A stretch of 64,000 bases of DNA from Beijerinckiaceae bacterium (GTDB lineage: Bacteria > Pseudomonadota > Alphaproteobacteria > Rhizobiales > Beijerinckiaceae), in assembly GCA_947476075.1 (NCBI GenBank), contig CANJPM010000003.1, positions 434 to 64,433 of the forward strand, given 5' to 3'. Position numbers and translations under genes: made by a program. The notes beneath the pieces were generated by a model, which did not search any database, was not told the origin of the DNA, and was given only the letters and a program-made list of their open reading frames with translations. Shown piece after piece: positions 1 to 9,693 of the stretch (its first letter is position 1; every line of letters starts with the position of its first letter).

Positions 1-348
1 GGTGAAGCAAGTGATTTTTGCAATGAGAGGCGCCTCTTTTTATGGAAAAGAACGCTGAAATGCACGCCGATGCGCATAAAAATTAAATAATATCAGATAC
101 TTAATCACAAAAAACACACCCGGAAATAACATTTCAAAATATCACTAAAAAGATCGTTCCAAACTAATCTCAAGATAGTAAAGCTCAAGATCTTAGCTCA
201 GTCTGGAATCATGTGCGAAACGTCAATACAGTTTGCGCGCGCAGCCCAAAGTCCCTGCAAAAAAACGAGGAGCTTTCGCCCCTCGCCTGCACATCTCGTC
301 CACAAAACTTGATCTTTGCAATTCCGCTATTTGAAACGCGGACCCCCG

Positions 349-1689
349 CTATTTTTCGCGGAAAGTTTTGGCGAACGCATCGCCCAGCGGCTGCACGAGG
401 TATCTCAGAACGGTACGCTCGCCAGTCGGAATAATGACTTCGACCTGCATGCCCGCCGAAAGCACGTCTTTCAAGCTCATTGGGATGTTCGTATCCCGGA
501 TTAAAATCTGGGCGAGAAAGTAAGGCTGACGCGTGGAATCGTCGATCAGGCGATCACGAGAGACAGAGCTAACTTTACCAAGAATCACAGGCGTTGTGCG
601 CGATACGAAATTGGTAAACCGAACCTCGGCCTCAATTCCTTCGTGCACCTTGTCGATATCGACGGTGGACACCTGAGCCTCCACGATCAACTCATCCGCC
701 AACGGCACGACCTCAGCAACTGCGTCCCCGGAACGGATAACCGCCCCCTTGGTTGCGAGCTTTACATTTTGCACCCGGCCGGCACGCGGCGAGACAATAT
801 CAACGCGCCGCAGCACGTCTTCGGCAACACGTTTGCGCTCGCGTGCATCATTCATTTTCTGGCGCGTATCCTGAAGCGATACAGACACCTCTTCGCGCAG
901 CTTTTGCTTCGTCTGCTGAATTTGAAGCCGCATCTCGCTCATACTATTTTGCGATTTTGCAGCCTCAGCCTCATTGCGACCAACGATTCCCTGAAGACGC
1001 GCCGCCTCGCGTTCCAGAGCTAACCAACGGGACTTTGGCACGAGCCCCTTGTCGGCGAGATCGCGAACGCCGACGAGCTCATCGTCGATGAAGGCCAGCT
1101 GCTTTTCAGCAGATTGCAGCTCAACCCTCAGTCCATTAATTTCGCTCTGATATTGCTGAACACGGCCTTCGAGGATGCTGATTTGGCCCGTGATGGAAGA
1201 CCGCCTCTCCTGGAATTGCGCGGTTTGATCCTGCATCACTTTTTGGACGACAAGACTAGACTTCCGCGCGATTAATTCCTCGGGAAACGCAATCGAAACA
1301 GCATCGTCACGTTCGGCGATGAGTCTTGATTCCTGCGCAATAAGGCTGTCGAGCGAGTTCATTACAAGCTCAAGATTTGCACGCGATTGCGTATCGTCAA
1401 GCCGGAACAGAACCTCCCCCTCCTCAACATTCTGGCCTTCCCTGATAAGGATGTCCTGAACGATGCCGCCCTCGAAATGTTGCACCACCTTACGCCGGCT
1501 CTCGTACGTCACAGAACCTTGTGCGATAACGGCGCTGTCGAGACGCGCGAGTCCTGTCCAAGCGAAGAAACCAAATACGCAGACGACTACGACCCCATAT
1601 CCCAACCGCGTCATCAAGCCGAAATCATCAGAGGCCTCTTCAACGCCTCCAGATCCAGTGATTAACTTTCTTACGCCAGACAGGGACAT
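349..1689 (-). CDS. Type I secretion membrane fusion protein (HlyD/PrsE/AprE family)
   Basis: N-terminal TM helix, VVQHFEGGIVQDILIREGQ motif, long coiled coil, GMQVEVIIPTGERTVLRYL C-terminus; directly downstream of the ABC gene. Confidence 0.95.
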   Translation of the reverse strand: MSLSGVRKLITGSGGVEEASDDFGLMTRLGYGVVVVCVFGFFAWTGLARLDSAVIAQGSVTYESRRKVVQHFEGGIVQDILIREGQNVEEGEVLFRLDDTQSRANLELVMNSLDSLIAQESRLIAERDDAVSIAFPEELIARKSSLVVQKVMQDQTAQFQERRSSITGQISILEGRVQQYQSEINGLRVELQSAEKQLAFIDDELVGVRDLADKGLVPKSRWLALEREAARLQGIVGRNEAEAAKSQNSMSEMRLQIQQTKQKLREEVSVSLQDTRQKMNDARERKRVAEDVLRRVDIVSPRAGRVQNVKLATKGAVIRSGDAVAEVVPLADELIVEAQVSTVDIDKVHEGIEAEVRFTNFVSRTTPVILGKVSSVSRDRLIDDSTRQPYFLAQILIRDTNIPMSLKDVLSAGMQVEVIIPTGERTVLRYLVQPLGDAFAKTFREK

Positions 1690-1739
1690 TGTATTACCTT
1701 CCGGTATGCATTTTTTCAGAAAACGGCAGTGAGGCAGAT

Positions 1740-3503
1740 CTATCCGCTGATAGCGTCTTGATTCGTTGACGCCCTCTGGCGCGCAGGCTCAGCAGACGGA
1801 ACAACCTTGGGTCCCATCATCTTCGACAGCACCTCATCGCGCGGGCCTGCAGATTGAATCTGGCCGTCTTTCATCACGACGATGTAGTCGACGCTAGATA
1901 AAATATTCATCTTGTGCGTGACCACCACGACTGTACGTTTATGTTTTTTAAGCTCGACAAACGCATCGACGAGAGCCTGCTCCCCAGCAGAATCGAGATT
2001 TGCGTTAGGCTCGTCCAGAACAATCATGCACGGCAATCTAAACAAGGCGCGCGCAAGCCCAACTCGCTGACGCTGGCCACCAGAAAGAACCTGCCCGCCA
2101 TCTCCAATTTGCGTATTGTAACCATCCGGCATTTTCTGGATCATTTCATGAACACCGGCCAGAACCGCAGCTTCAATAATCTCTTCATCGCGCGCATCGG
2201 TGAAGCGGGCGATGTTCTCGGCGATGGTGCCGCTGAACAATTCCACGTCCTGCGGGAGGTAACCAAGGTGACGACCAAGCTCTTCCGAGTTCCAGTGATC
2301 AAGATCCGAGCCATCAAGGCGCACAGAGCCCGATGCAGCGGGCCATATGCCAGTCATCACACGTGCGAGCGAAGATTTGCCAGCCGCGCTGGGCCCAATG
2401 ACGGCGAGCGCGGAACCGGGCGGAATATTAATTGAGACGCCACGCAAAACCGGCGTCTGACGACCTGGCGCCAGCGCTACGACGTTCTCCAGCGAAAGGT
2501 GACCAACGGGAATAGGTAATTCCAACTTCTCTGACACGCCGTCCGTATCGCGCAGCATGCCCTGCACCCGTGCATAGGCGCTCCGCATGTTGGTAAAGCC
2601 CTTCCAATTGCCGATTGCTATTTCTACCGGCTGCAAGGCGCGACCGATGATAATAGAAGCAGCAATCATCATGCCCGGAGAGATCTCTCTTTGAAGAACA
2701 AGAAGTGCCCCAAGGCCGAGAACAAGACTTTGCGTCAACATCCGGTGGAACTTGGCTAACGCGACTAGAAGACCCGCCCGACCAGAAGCGGCCGCCTGCC
2801 ATGACAGGACGGATTCATGGTGACGACCCCAACGTGCACGCAACGCGTCAACCATGCCCATTGCTTGCAGAACCTCTGCATTACGGAATGTTGTATTCGC
2901 GTAATTGGAAGCAGCGATAGCGCTAGTCTGGGCTTTATCGAGGCGTGATTTCGTCGCCCACTCGTTACTCAAGGCAAGCACAAATGTAATGACAGACGCC
3001 GCAAGAACGAAAATTCCAAACCAAAAATTTATAAGAAACGAAGCAAAAATGTAAATTGGAACCCATGGAAAATCGAGAAGCGCGAGAAACCCTGCCCCGG
3101 TGAAGAACTCGCGAACCGAGTCAACATCCCTCAGCGCTTGCACCGGGGGCGCGCCCGAGCGACGAATTGTCGAACGCTGGACCGAGCGAAAAACATCCGC
3201 GTTGGCTACGCGGTCAAACTTTACACCAGCCCGAATTAGAACCTGGGAACGGACCAACTCAAGCACAGCAATTATCGCGTAACAAAATGCAAGAATTAAT
3301 GTAAGGAAAAGTAGTGTAGTTACGCTGCGACTGGCAAGAACGCGATCATAGACCTGCATCATGTAGAGTGGGCCGGCCAGTATCAGAATATTGATAATGA
3401 AACTAAACACGATCACGGCCGTTAACGCCGGCTTGGCCGCGGACAAGCCTTTATCTAACGCTGTTGCGCCTGTGGCTACGTTGCTCTTGTTCTTAAAGTA
3501 CAT
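1740..3503 (-). CDS. Type I secretion ABC transporter (PrtD/PrsD/AprD family)
   Basis: PLYMMQVYDRVL motif, TM domain, Walker A GPSAAGKS, LSGGQRQR signature, LDEPNANLD. Confidence 0.95.
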   Translation of the reverse strand: MYFKNKSNVATGATALDKGLSAAKPALTAVIVFSFIINILILAGPLYMMQVYDRVLASRSVTTLLFLTLILAFCYAIIAVLELVRSQVLIRAGVKFDRVANADVFRSVQRSTIRRSGAPPVQALRDVDSVREFFTGAGFLALLDFPWVPIYIFASFLINFWFGIFVLAASVITFVLALSNEWATKSRLDKAQTSAIAASNYANTTFRNAEVLQAMGMVDALRARWGRHHESVLSWQAAASGRAGLLVALAKFHRMLTQSLVLGLGALLVLQREISPGMMIAASIIIGRALQPVEIAIGNWKGFTNMRSAYARVQGMLRDTDGVSEKLELPIPVGHLSLENVVALAPGRQTPVLRGVSINIPPGSALAVIGPSAAGKSSLARVMTGIWPAASGSVRLDGSDLDHWNSEELGRHLGYLPQDVELFSGTIAENIARFTDARDEEIIEAAVLAGVHEMIQKMPDGYNTQIGDGGQVLSGGQRQRVGLARALFRLPCMIVLDEPNANLDSAGEQALVDAFVELKKHKRTVVVVTHKMNILSSVDYIVVMKDGQIQSAGPRDEVLSKMMGPKVVPSAEPARQRASTNQDAISG

Positions 3504-3706
3504 CGAATTTCCCTAAGACCCAACGACACCAACCGACTGATGTCTGCATTTCGCAAAACTTACAAGCTTGACAAGAACGAAGTTGCGCCTTTCAGCGGAC
3601 AGCGCTGAATAAAGATTCATGAGCTTCACTATTGAGCGCCACTACGATTAGGGCTTGAGAGTAGGACGTAATAATTTTACTATTCACTGAAGCTAGGAGT
3701 TTCAAC

Positions 3707-4018
3707 ATGTACACGAGCCCGCAGCGTAGGACTTCTTCGGAGACTATCGAACTCCGCAAAGATGGGGGCCAATGGCTCAAATCGTTACGCGAAGCCAAAG
3801 GACTGTCACAACGGAAGCTAGCCGATTTAATAGGCACGGATTACTATACATTCATCTCTCAATTGGAAACAGGACGCGGCCGCATCCCCCCCGATAGATA
3901 TACAGCATGGGCTGAAGCGCTCGGTGTTGAACCACGCAGTTTTGTAAAAAACATCCTGAAATTTTACGATCCCATTACATACGATGTTTTGTTCGGAAAC
4001 GAACAATCGTCTCAGTGA
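3707..4018 (+). CDS. XRE-family helix-turn-helix transcriptional regulator
   Basis: LKSLREAKGLSQRKLA...ISQLETG HTH_3 pattern; AGGAG RBS; divergent from the T1SS genes. Confidence 0.9.
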   Translation: MYTSPQRRTSSETIELRKDGGQWLKSLREAKGLSQRKLADLIGTDYYTFISQLETGRGRIPPDRYTAWAEALGVEPRSFVKNILKFYDPITYDVLFGNEQSSQ

Positions 4019-4030
4019 ACCTCACCGCAA

Positions 4031-5539
4031 TTGGAAGTCCGCACGATGTCCACAAACATTCTTCCGCTGCTGTTTCGGGCAGTAAATCAATATGATTGGA
4101 CACAGCAAGAACTTGCGGAATTCTATCGCGTTGAAACAGTCCTTATCCAATCAGGCGTCTCGCTGGAGACTGAACGCGGGTTAAGTGACGAGGGAGATCC
4201 CTGGTTTGTTTTTTGTCGCCCTCAAACGGGCGATGTCGTTATTCACTTCGCACGGTACGGGAACGAATATGTTGCCGCAGGTGGAGGCTTGGATGGCGTA
4301 CTTCGAGGTCGCAGCTTCCGAGACATCATAGATTCCTTTATGAGTTGCCAACCCATGGTTGTTTCCAGAAAGGGCGGACTGGAAACCCAAGTCGTTCTAC
4401 ATCCTACGGCACTGCTCAGCGCATTTGTTACTACAGCTTTTTTCCTATTTATGGATGCAGAAGCTGATGCTGCTCCGAACATATCGGCTAGAGAAACGCC
4501 ACACGCCCCACCCGCTGCACAAGCTCGCGTTCCAGCCGTTTTTCAAACAATGATAGAAGCGGCAGGCCTGGTGGGAAACAGAGACGCCTGGCTGGCTCTA
4601 AGCACTGTCGCTATAGCGTTCTCAATTGATATCTTCGATTTTCGCGACTCAAATCACCCGGAAATTTCTGCGTATGCTCACCTTCAAGAAGCCGAAGGTG
4701 CTGCAATCGAAGTGGAATCCCTCGGTGCAAGCGTATTCGCAGACGACAAAAGTTTAGCCCCGAGAGCAATAGAAAAATGGACTAGCATCGATTCCAGCTT
4801 CACAACCGAGACCGTGCTTCCTGTCGATTCAACCGAGAGCATGGCAATAGCGTCCATTATTTCATCGGCTGAACTTGCTATCGATGTGTTGCGACCAACA
4901 GACAAAGACCCGCTTACACAGCAATACACCGCTATATTTATAAATACCGATGCGACAACGACTATCGAGCCGGAAAATTTACTACTACTCGGCGCGTTAG
5001 ACGATTCACTTGGGGACTTAAGACATTTAACCGTCGAGAAATCTGACGTTGAAGGATTGCAGATAAAAACAACCGAATCCAAGAGCGAAGCGTACTCGCT
5101 GTTATTAATATCTCTCGATACCTCACACAACAAAACATCAACGGGGTATCTAACGACCGCCCTTATAGATGCATTAATGCCAATTCCACACGCGGTCGGT
5201 ATTCCGCAAAATGATTTCTCGGCAGAAATAAACTTTGCAACTAAGGCAATAAGCCTATCGGGATTTAAAACTGAAGGCGTCGAAAAGAATCTCAATGTAC
5301 TTGAAGCTAAATCCGCCCCAGAACTTGCAACACAAGCGATAGAATGGTTTACCCAAAATCATCCTGATTTCAAAGTCGTCTCACTCGGTCGGAGCGTTGT
5401 CGTATTTGACTGGTCAACTAGCAATCAGCTTAGCAGTTCGATCGAGCTGCACACTTGGACAATGCATGACGGATCGACGATCAATATCATCGGATCTCTA
5501 CCTGATGCATTCTCAATTGATCTATCAGCAACAGCTTGA
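4031..5539 (+). CDS. Uncharacterised protein co-oriented with the XRE gene (likely start ATG 4046)
   Basis: 502-codon ORF; globular-looking N-terminus (WTQQELAEFYRVE...GLSDEGDPWFVFC...HFAR), Ser/Thr/acidic middle, compact C-terminal segment. Confidence 0.75.
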   Translation: MEVRTMSTNILPLLFRAVNQYDWTQQELAEFYRVETVLIQSGVSLETERGLSDEGDPWFVFCRPQTGDVVIHFARYGNEYVAAGGGLDGVLRGRSFRDIIDSFMSCQPMVVSRKGGLETQVVLHPTALLSAFVTTAFFLFMDAEADAAPNISARETPHAPPAAQARVPAVFQTMIEAAGLVGNRDAWLALSTVAIAFSIDIFDFRDSNHPEISAYAHLQEAEGAAIEVESLGASVFADDKSLAPRAIEKWTSIDSSFTTETVLPVDSTESMAIASIISSAELAIDVLRPTDKDPLTQQYTAIFINTDATTTIEPENLLLLGALDDSLGDLRHLTVEKSDVEGLQIKTTESKSEAYSLLLISLDTSHNKTSTGYLTTALIDALMPIPHAVGIPQNDFSAEINFATKAISLSGFKTEGVEKNLNVLEAKSAPELATQAIEWFTQNHPDFKVVSLGRSVVVFDWSTSNQLSSSIELHTWTMHDGSTINIIGSLPDAFSIDLSATA

Positions 5540-5554
5540 ACCAGCTTGAGGACC

Positions 5555-6056
5555 TCAACAGAAATCCACTGAAAGATCATCCGGGACTGTTCCAACAAAC
5601 AGAGCCGATTCTCTTGAATTTTTGCCTCGCTTGCTTGTCGCCTGTAATCTCCGAAAGACGTCTGATCTATTTGCGCTGAAGACAGCGATGGAGGGAGCAT
5701 CGGTTCAGATGGGGCAGCGTCGAATAAAGAACGTAGAGGCAATTATCTAGCGGAAGTAGCGTATGACGTCGGAACGCCAAGATCATTGCTTCTTCTTCAA
5801 CCGGCAACACGGCGGAATGGACAGCCCTCGGTCCCATCGGAAGATAGCTAACGGAGATGCGCTTAGGCCACTTCTAAACCGTTGTTTGACTGATCCCGTC
5901 GCGTTTGGCCAGCGCCCTTAGGCTCTCTTCACTCCGCTGTGCCTCTCGACGGACCGCCCCTGTCTTGCGGGCGCTTCCGTGTCAAACCTCGCCAATGACG
6001 CCTCCCGAAAAAAGCGACGATTATCCGCATCAACACTCTTCGGGACTAAGCACCTA
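5555..6056 (-). mobile_element. IS481-family remnant, 5' half (copy 1)
   Basis: Minus-strand translation ...SEESLRALAKR...EEEAMILAFRRHTLLPLDNCLY...LHRCLQR with stops; terminal repeat cgggactaagcaccta at 6041-6056; 5691-5830 has 10 mismatches in 140 nt against 8761-8900. Confidence 0.85.
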
Positions 6057-7316
6057 AGGCTTCAAACTACTGCGCGCAGGAGATAAGGATTTCCGCTTCT
6101 CAATAGAGACGGTCGGCTCGTTCCAGAGGCAACCGGTAAAGGTGCAGCGATCAACGTTTATTACCTCAAATACTTTTGCAAGGTCCCGCCACTCGTAATT
6201 ACTCGATAGATGAGTGTCACGGTCAACCAGCGCGGTTTGCACGGAATAGCTACCCACGCCAAAATTGGCGGGGAACTGAAGCGAAAAAACATATTGATCA
6301 CCCACTGCGGGCTTGGATATGGAGTGACCGGTGTGCCAAGTGTTGGTGCCGTACATAACCTGCCCTAGGCGATCCTTGATACCGTAGCCCAGCACCAGAT
6401 TGGGAATGGGCTTGTGCACCAACACGGTCACCCGCAGCTGCAGCAGCTCGCCTACGCGCACCACATCCACTCGGTTACCGGCTATGTCATAAAGGCTCAC
6501 GTCTTCCACGCTCGCCTCGCCGGTGCCAGAAATAGTCTGCACTCTCGCATCGGCGGTCGGCAACTGAGTGACCTGCGCATGCTCCTTATCGGCGATCAAG
6601 GCGTTATAATAATCCATCACTGCTTCGGGTTCGCCATCGAGCGCCACCCGACCACGGTTGAGCAATATGGCCCTATCGCAAATCGACAGGATTGCAGCCT
6701 TGTCGTGAGATACGATCAAAAGCGTCGTACCCTGCTCGCTAAACGTACGGATGCGGTCGAAGCTCTTATGCTGAAAGTACCCATCCCCAACCGACAAGGC
6801 CTCATCCACGATCAAAACATCCGGCCGCTTGCAGGTCGCGATGCTGAACGCCAACCGCATTTGCATACCGCTGGAGTAAACACGGACAGGCATATCTAGG
6901 TAGTCGCCGATCTCTGCAAACGCCTCGATCTCTGGCATTAGCGCACTGATCTCGTCCGTCCTTAGCCCAATGAGCTGCCCCGCCATGTAGGCGTTCTGGC
7001 GTCCAGTAAAATCGGGATGAAAGCCCATGCCAAGTTCCAGCAAGGCAGCCACTCGACCGCTCACGCTAACGCTGCCTGTCGTCGGTAACGTCGTTCCACT
7101 AATCAGCTTCAACAGTGTGCTCTTACCGGCTCCGTTAAGCCCGATAATGCCTACAGAATCGCCGGACTCCAACGTGAAGGACACATCTTGCAACACCCAT
7201 TTTAACTGGTGTCGTACACGCGAATACGGAACGATCCACTCCGCCAACCTCTGCCAACGCGAAGCGTACTGTCGATAAGCCTTCCCCGCACCACTGACCT
7301 TGATCGTTCCCATCAC
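6054..7316 (-). CDS. wzt: O-antigen/polysaccharide ABC exporter ATPase with C-terminal carbohydrate-binding (Wzt_C) domain
   Basis: GLNGAGKST Walker A, LLELGMGFHPDFTGRQN, YSSGMQMRLAF, IVDEALSVGD; ~170-aa beta-rich C-terminal extension. Confidence 0.95.
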   Translation of the reverse strand: MMGTIKVSGAGKAYRQYASRWQRLAEWIVPYSRVRHQLKWVLQDVSFTLESGDSVGIIGLNGAGKSTLLKLISGTTLPTTGSVSVSGRVAALLELGMGFHPDFTGRQNAYMAGQLIGLRTDEISALMPEIEAFAEIGDYLDMPVRVYSSGMQMRLAFSIATCKRPDVLIVDEALSVGDGYFQHKSFDRIRTFSEQGTTLLIVSHDKAAILSICDRAILLNRGRVALDGEPEAVMDYYNALIADKEHAQVTQLPTADARVQTISGTGEASVEDVSLYDIAGNRVDVVRVGELLQLRVTVLVHKPIPNLVLGYGIKDRLGQVMYGTNTWHTGHSISKPAVGDQYVFSLQFPANFGVGSYSVQTALVDRDTHLSSNYEWRDLAKVFEVINVDRCTFTGCLWNEPTVSIEKRKSLSPARSSLKP

Positions 7317-8104
7317 AGCTCGTCCACAATGTCGCCAGCGTGCTTCTTAAACAACATCACGCTAAAGACGCACAACGTTATGCTCAGAACAGCGACAACA
7401 GCCACCCTGCCCCAATCGGGCCAGCCGCCACTTACAAGAATGACCTGGTACCCTTCCATCAAAGGTAGCAGAGGGTTCAGCTGCATCATGGTGGCTGCCC
7501 ACTCAGGCAGGATGCTAACCGGGTATACAATTGGCGTAGACCAGAACCAAAACTGCAGCAACACCCCAAACAACTGCCCAACATCGCGAAAGAACACATT
7601 CAGTATGCCCAACACGCCGCCAAGCCCCGCAGCGAACAACAACTGAACAAGCAGCAAGGGCGCCAGCGCCAGCACCGACCAGCCGGGAAAATTTCCCGAT
7701 AGCAGCAAAAACGCGCCAAACAATCCTAGGACGATACTAAAGTTGAAGCCTGCGCTTAGCAATATGATCAGCGGCAGACACAAACGAGGGAAATTGAGCT
7801 TCTTGATAAGATTGGAATTGTCGATAAATAAATTCACCATTCGGTTCATGATGTCTGAAAACAAACCCCAAGTCAGGATGCCTGCGCATAAATAAATTGA
7901 ATAGGAAAATGCCCCATCCGACTCGGGCAGTCGAGAGCGCATCAAATGCGAGAATATGACGGTGTACACACCGATCACCGCCATTGGCTGAATTATTATC
8001 CAGGCAAAGCTGAGCAACGAATTTCGATACTTCGCTTGAATTTCACGCTTAACGCTACCAAGGATAAACCCTCGGAACTGCCACAATGCTATCACTGCGC
8101 CCAT
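7313..8104 (-). CDS. wzm: O-antigen/polysaccharide ABC exporter permease
   Basis: KREIQAKYRNSLL, NLIKKLNFPR, FFRDVGQ, WFWSTPIVYP motifs; 4-nt overlap with wzt. Confidence 0.95.
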   Translation of the reverse strand: MGAVIALWQFRGFILGSVKREIQAKYRNSLLSFAWIIIQPMAVIGVYTVIFSHLMRSRLPESDGAFSYSIYLCAGILTWGLFSDIMNRMVNLFIDNSNLIKKLNFPRLCLPLIILLSAGFNFSIVLGLFGAFLLLSGNFPGWSVLALAPLLLVQLLFAAGLGGVLGILNVFFRDVGQLFGVLLQFWFWSTPIVYPVSILPEWAATMMQLNPLLPLMEGYQVILVSGGWPDWGRVAVVAVLSITLCVFSVMLFKKHAGDIVDEL

Positions 8105-8267
8105 TCGTTACTCCGCTCATAAAGCGCTAGAAAAACCTCGGCATTCCGCTTGCGTTAAGCAATGCGCACAACCCACCTTGGCCGTGAGCTAAGACCGTTA
8201 GCATGAGGCGTATCAGGGCTGTACCGTCTGCGCAAACGCAGAAAGCGCTACTACGTAGTGATTTACC

Positions 8268-9128
8268 TAGGTGTTTAGTGCCGGAGAGAAGCGGTACGGC
8301 TCGAATTTGAATCATTGTGGCTCTTTTGTCCACATGCTTGCGATGTATTTGTAGTGCGTGAGCCCGTTCAGCGTTTTCAGCCTAAGCGCATGGTTGTGTG
8401 CGTCGAACAAGGGCTGAAGTTGTTGCCTAGTTTGGTCGTGACTGCGGTACTGATAGCGTTTGGCAGACGCTTCTTTGATGGTGCGTTTCATGCGCTCCAC
8501 CTGGCCATTCATCCATGGATAGTTGGGCTTGGTCAGGCGGTGTTCAATGTCGTTCTCGCGTCAGATCTGATAGAAACGCTGAACCCAGTAACGGGGTGCA
8601 GCCAATCCGGGTTGCGTCGCAAAAACCACAAAAATCAACTTAAGGATGATCCGGGGCTGTTACAATAAACCGAGCCACTTCTCTTGAAGTTCTAATTTGC
8701 TTGCTTGTCGCTTGTGATCTCCAAAAGACATGTGATCTATTTGCGCTAAAGACAGCAATGGAGGGAGCATCGGGTCAGATGAGGCAGCCTCGACTAAAGA
8801 ACGTAGAGGCAATCATATAGCGGAAGTCGCGTATGAAGTCGGAACGACAAGATCATTGCTTCTTCTTCAACCGCCAACACGGCGGAATGGACAGCCCTCG
8901 GACCCCTCGGAAAATATAGCTAACGGAGATGCGCTTAGGCCAATTCTAAACCGTTATTTGCCTGATCCCGTAACGTTTGGCCTGCGCCCTTACGCTCCCT
9001 TCACTCCGCTGTGCCTCTCGACGGACCGCCTCTGTCTTGCGGGCGCTTGCGTGTAAAACCTGACCGATCACACCTCCCGAAAAAAGCGACTATTATCCGT
9101 ACCATCGATCTTCGGGACTAAACACCTA
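8268..9128 (-). mobile_element. IS481-family element with both terminal inverted repeats but an internally deleted, decayed transposase (copy 2)
   Basis: IRs taggtgtttagtgccg (8268-8283) and cgggactaaacaccta (9113-9128), 15/16 complementary; C-terminal transposase remnant HRLTKPNYPWMNGQVERMKRTIKEA...RLKTLNGLT; N-terminal half at ~8670-9060; central DDE region missing. Confidence 0.88.
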
Positions 9129-9170
9129 ATTGACCGATAGATATTCCCCGGCAAGACCTACCTGACCAGA

Positions 9171-9462
9171 TCAACCATCTGTCGCTTCAAAACAGGCCTT
9201 AGATTTTACGCCTTTTCAAATCCTGCAGCATCTCCCTGTCTCGAGAAACGAAGGCAACCAATTACCTTAACCACTGGCTCTCGCCTTCAAGCTGCTTCAG
9301 GAGCTCAATCTAGAAAGGCTGCAGGCCGCCGTACTACTTACGCGATTGTAAAATAGGGCACTTCTGACGCCAGCATAGAGCCGAACCTTCCGGAACCGCC
9401 CACTCATCGCCTCGCCTAAGTGTAAACGCGATCTGCAGCGCACTGAACCTCCACTTCTTCAT
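9171..9462 (-). pseudogene. IS3-family orfA remnant
   Basis: Minus-strand translation MKKWRFSALQIAFTLRR...YGGL...LLKQLEGESQWLR*LVA...DREMLQDL resembles IS3 OrfA (MKKSRFTEEQI...LKQLEEEN...DKEMLQD) with internal stops. Confidence 0.7.
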
Positions 9463-9693
9463 TGGTCAACTCGCCCGATCAGATCAGCTTAAAACAGAAT
9501 TTCTTTAGCAACCGTCGTCCGAAAACTCAGCCGAAGGACACCATAAACAATGCCTCTCTAAGCTCGAAGACTACCTCCTCGCAACTTCGCCTCATCCGAT
9601 CGGTCGCCGGTCCTCTATGGGCCTCAGCAATCATGAGACAGAGCAAAACTTTTAAGGAACAAGACCGCTTTGAGAATTATCAATACACAACTC

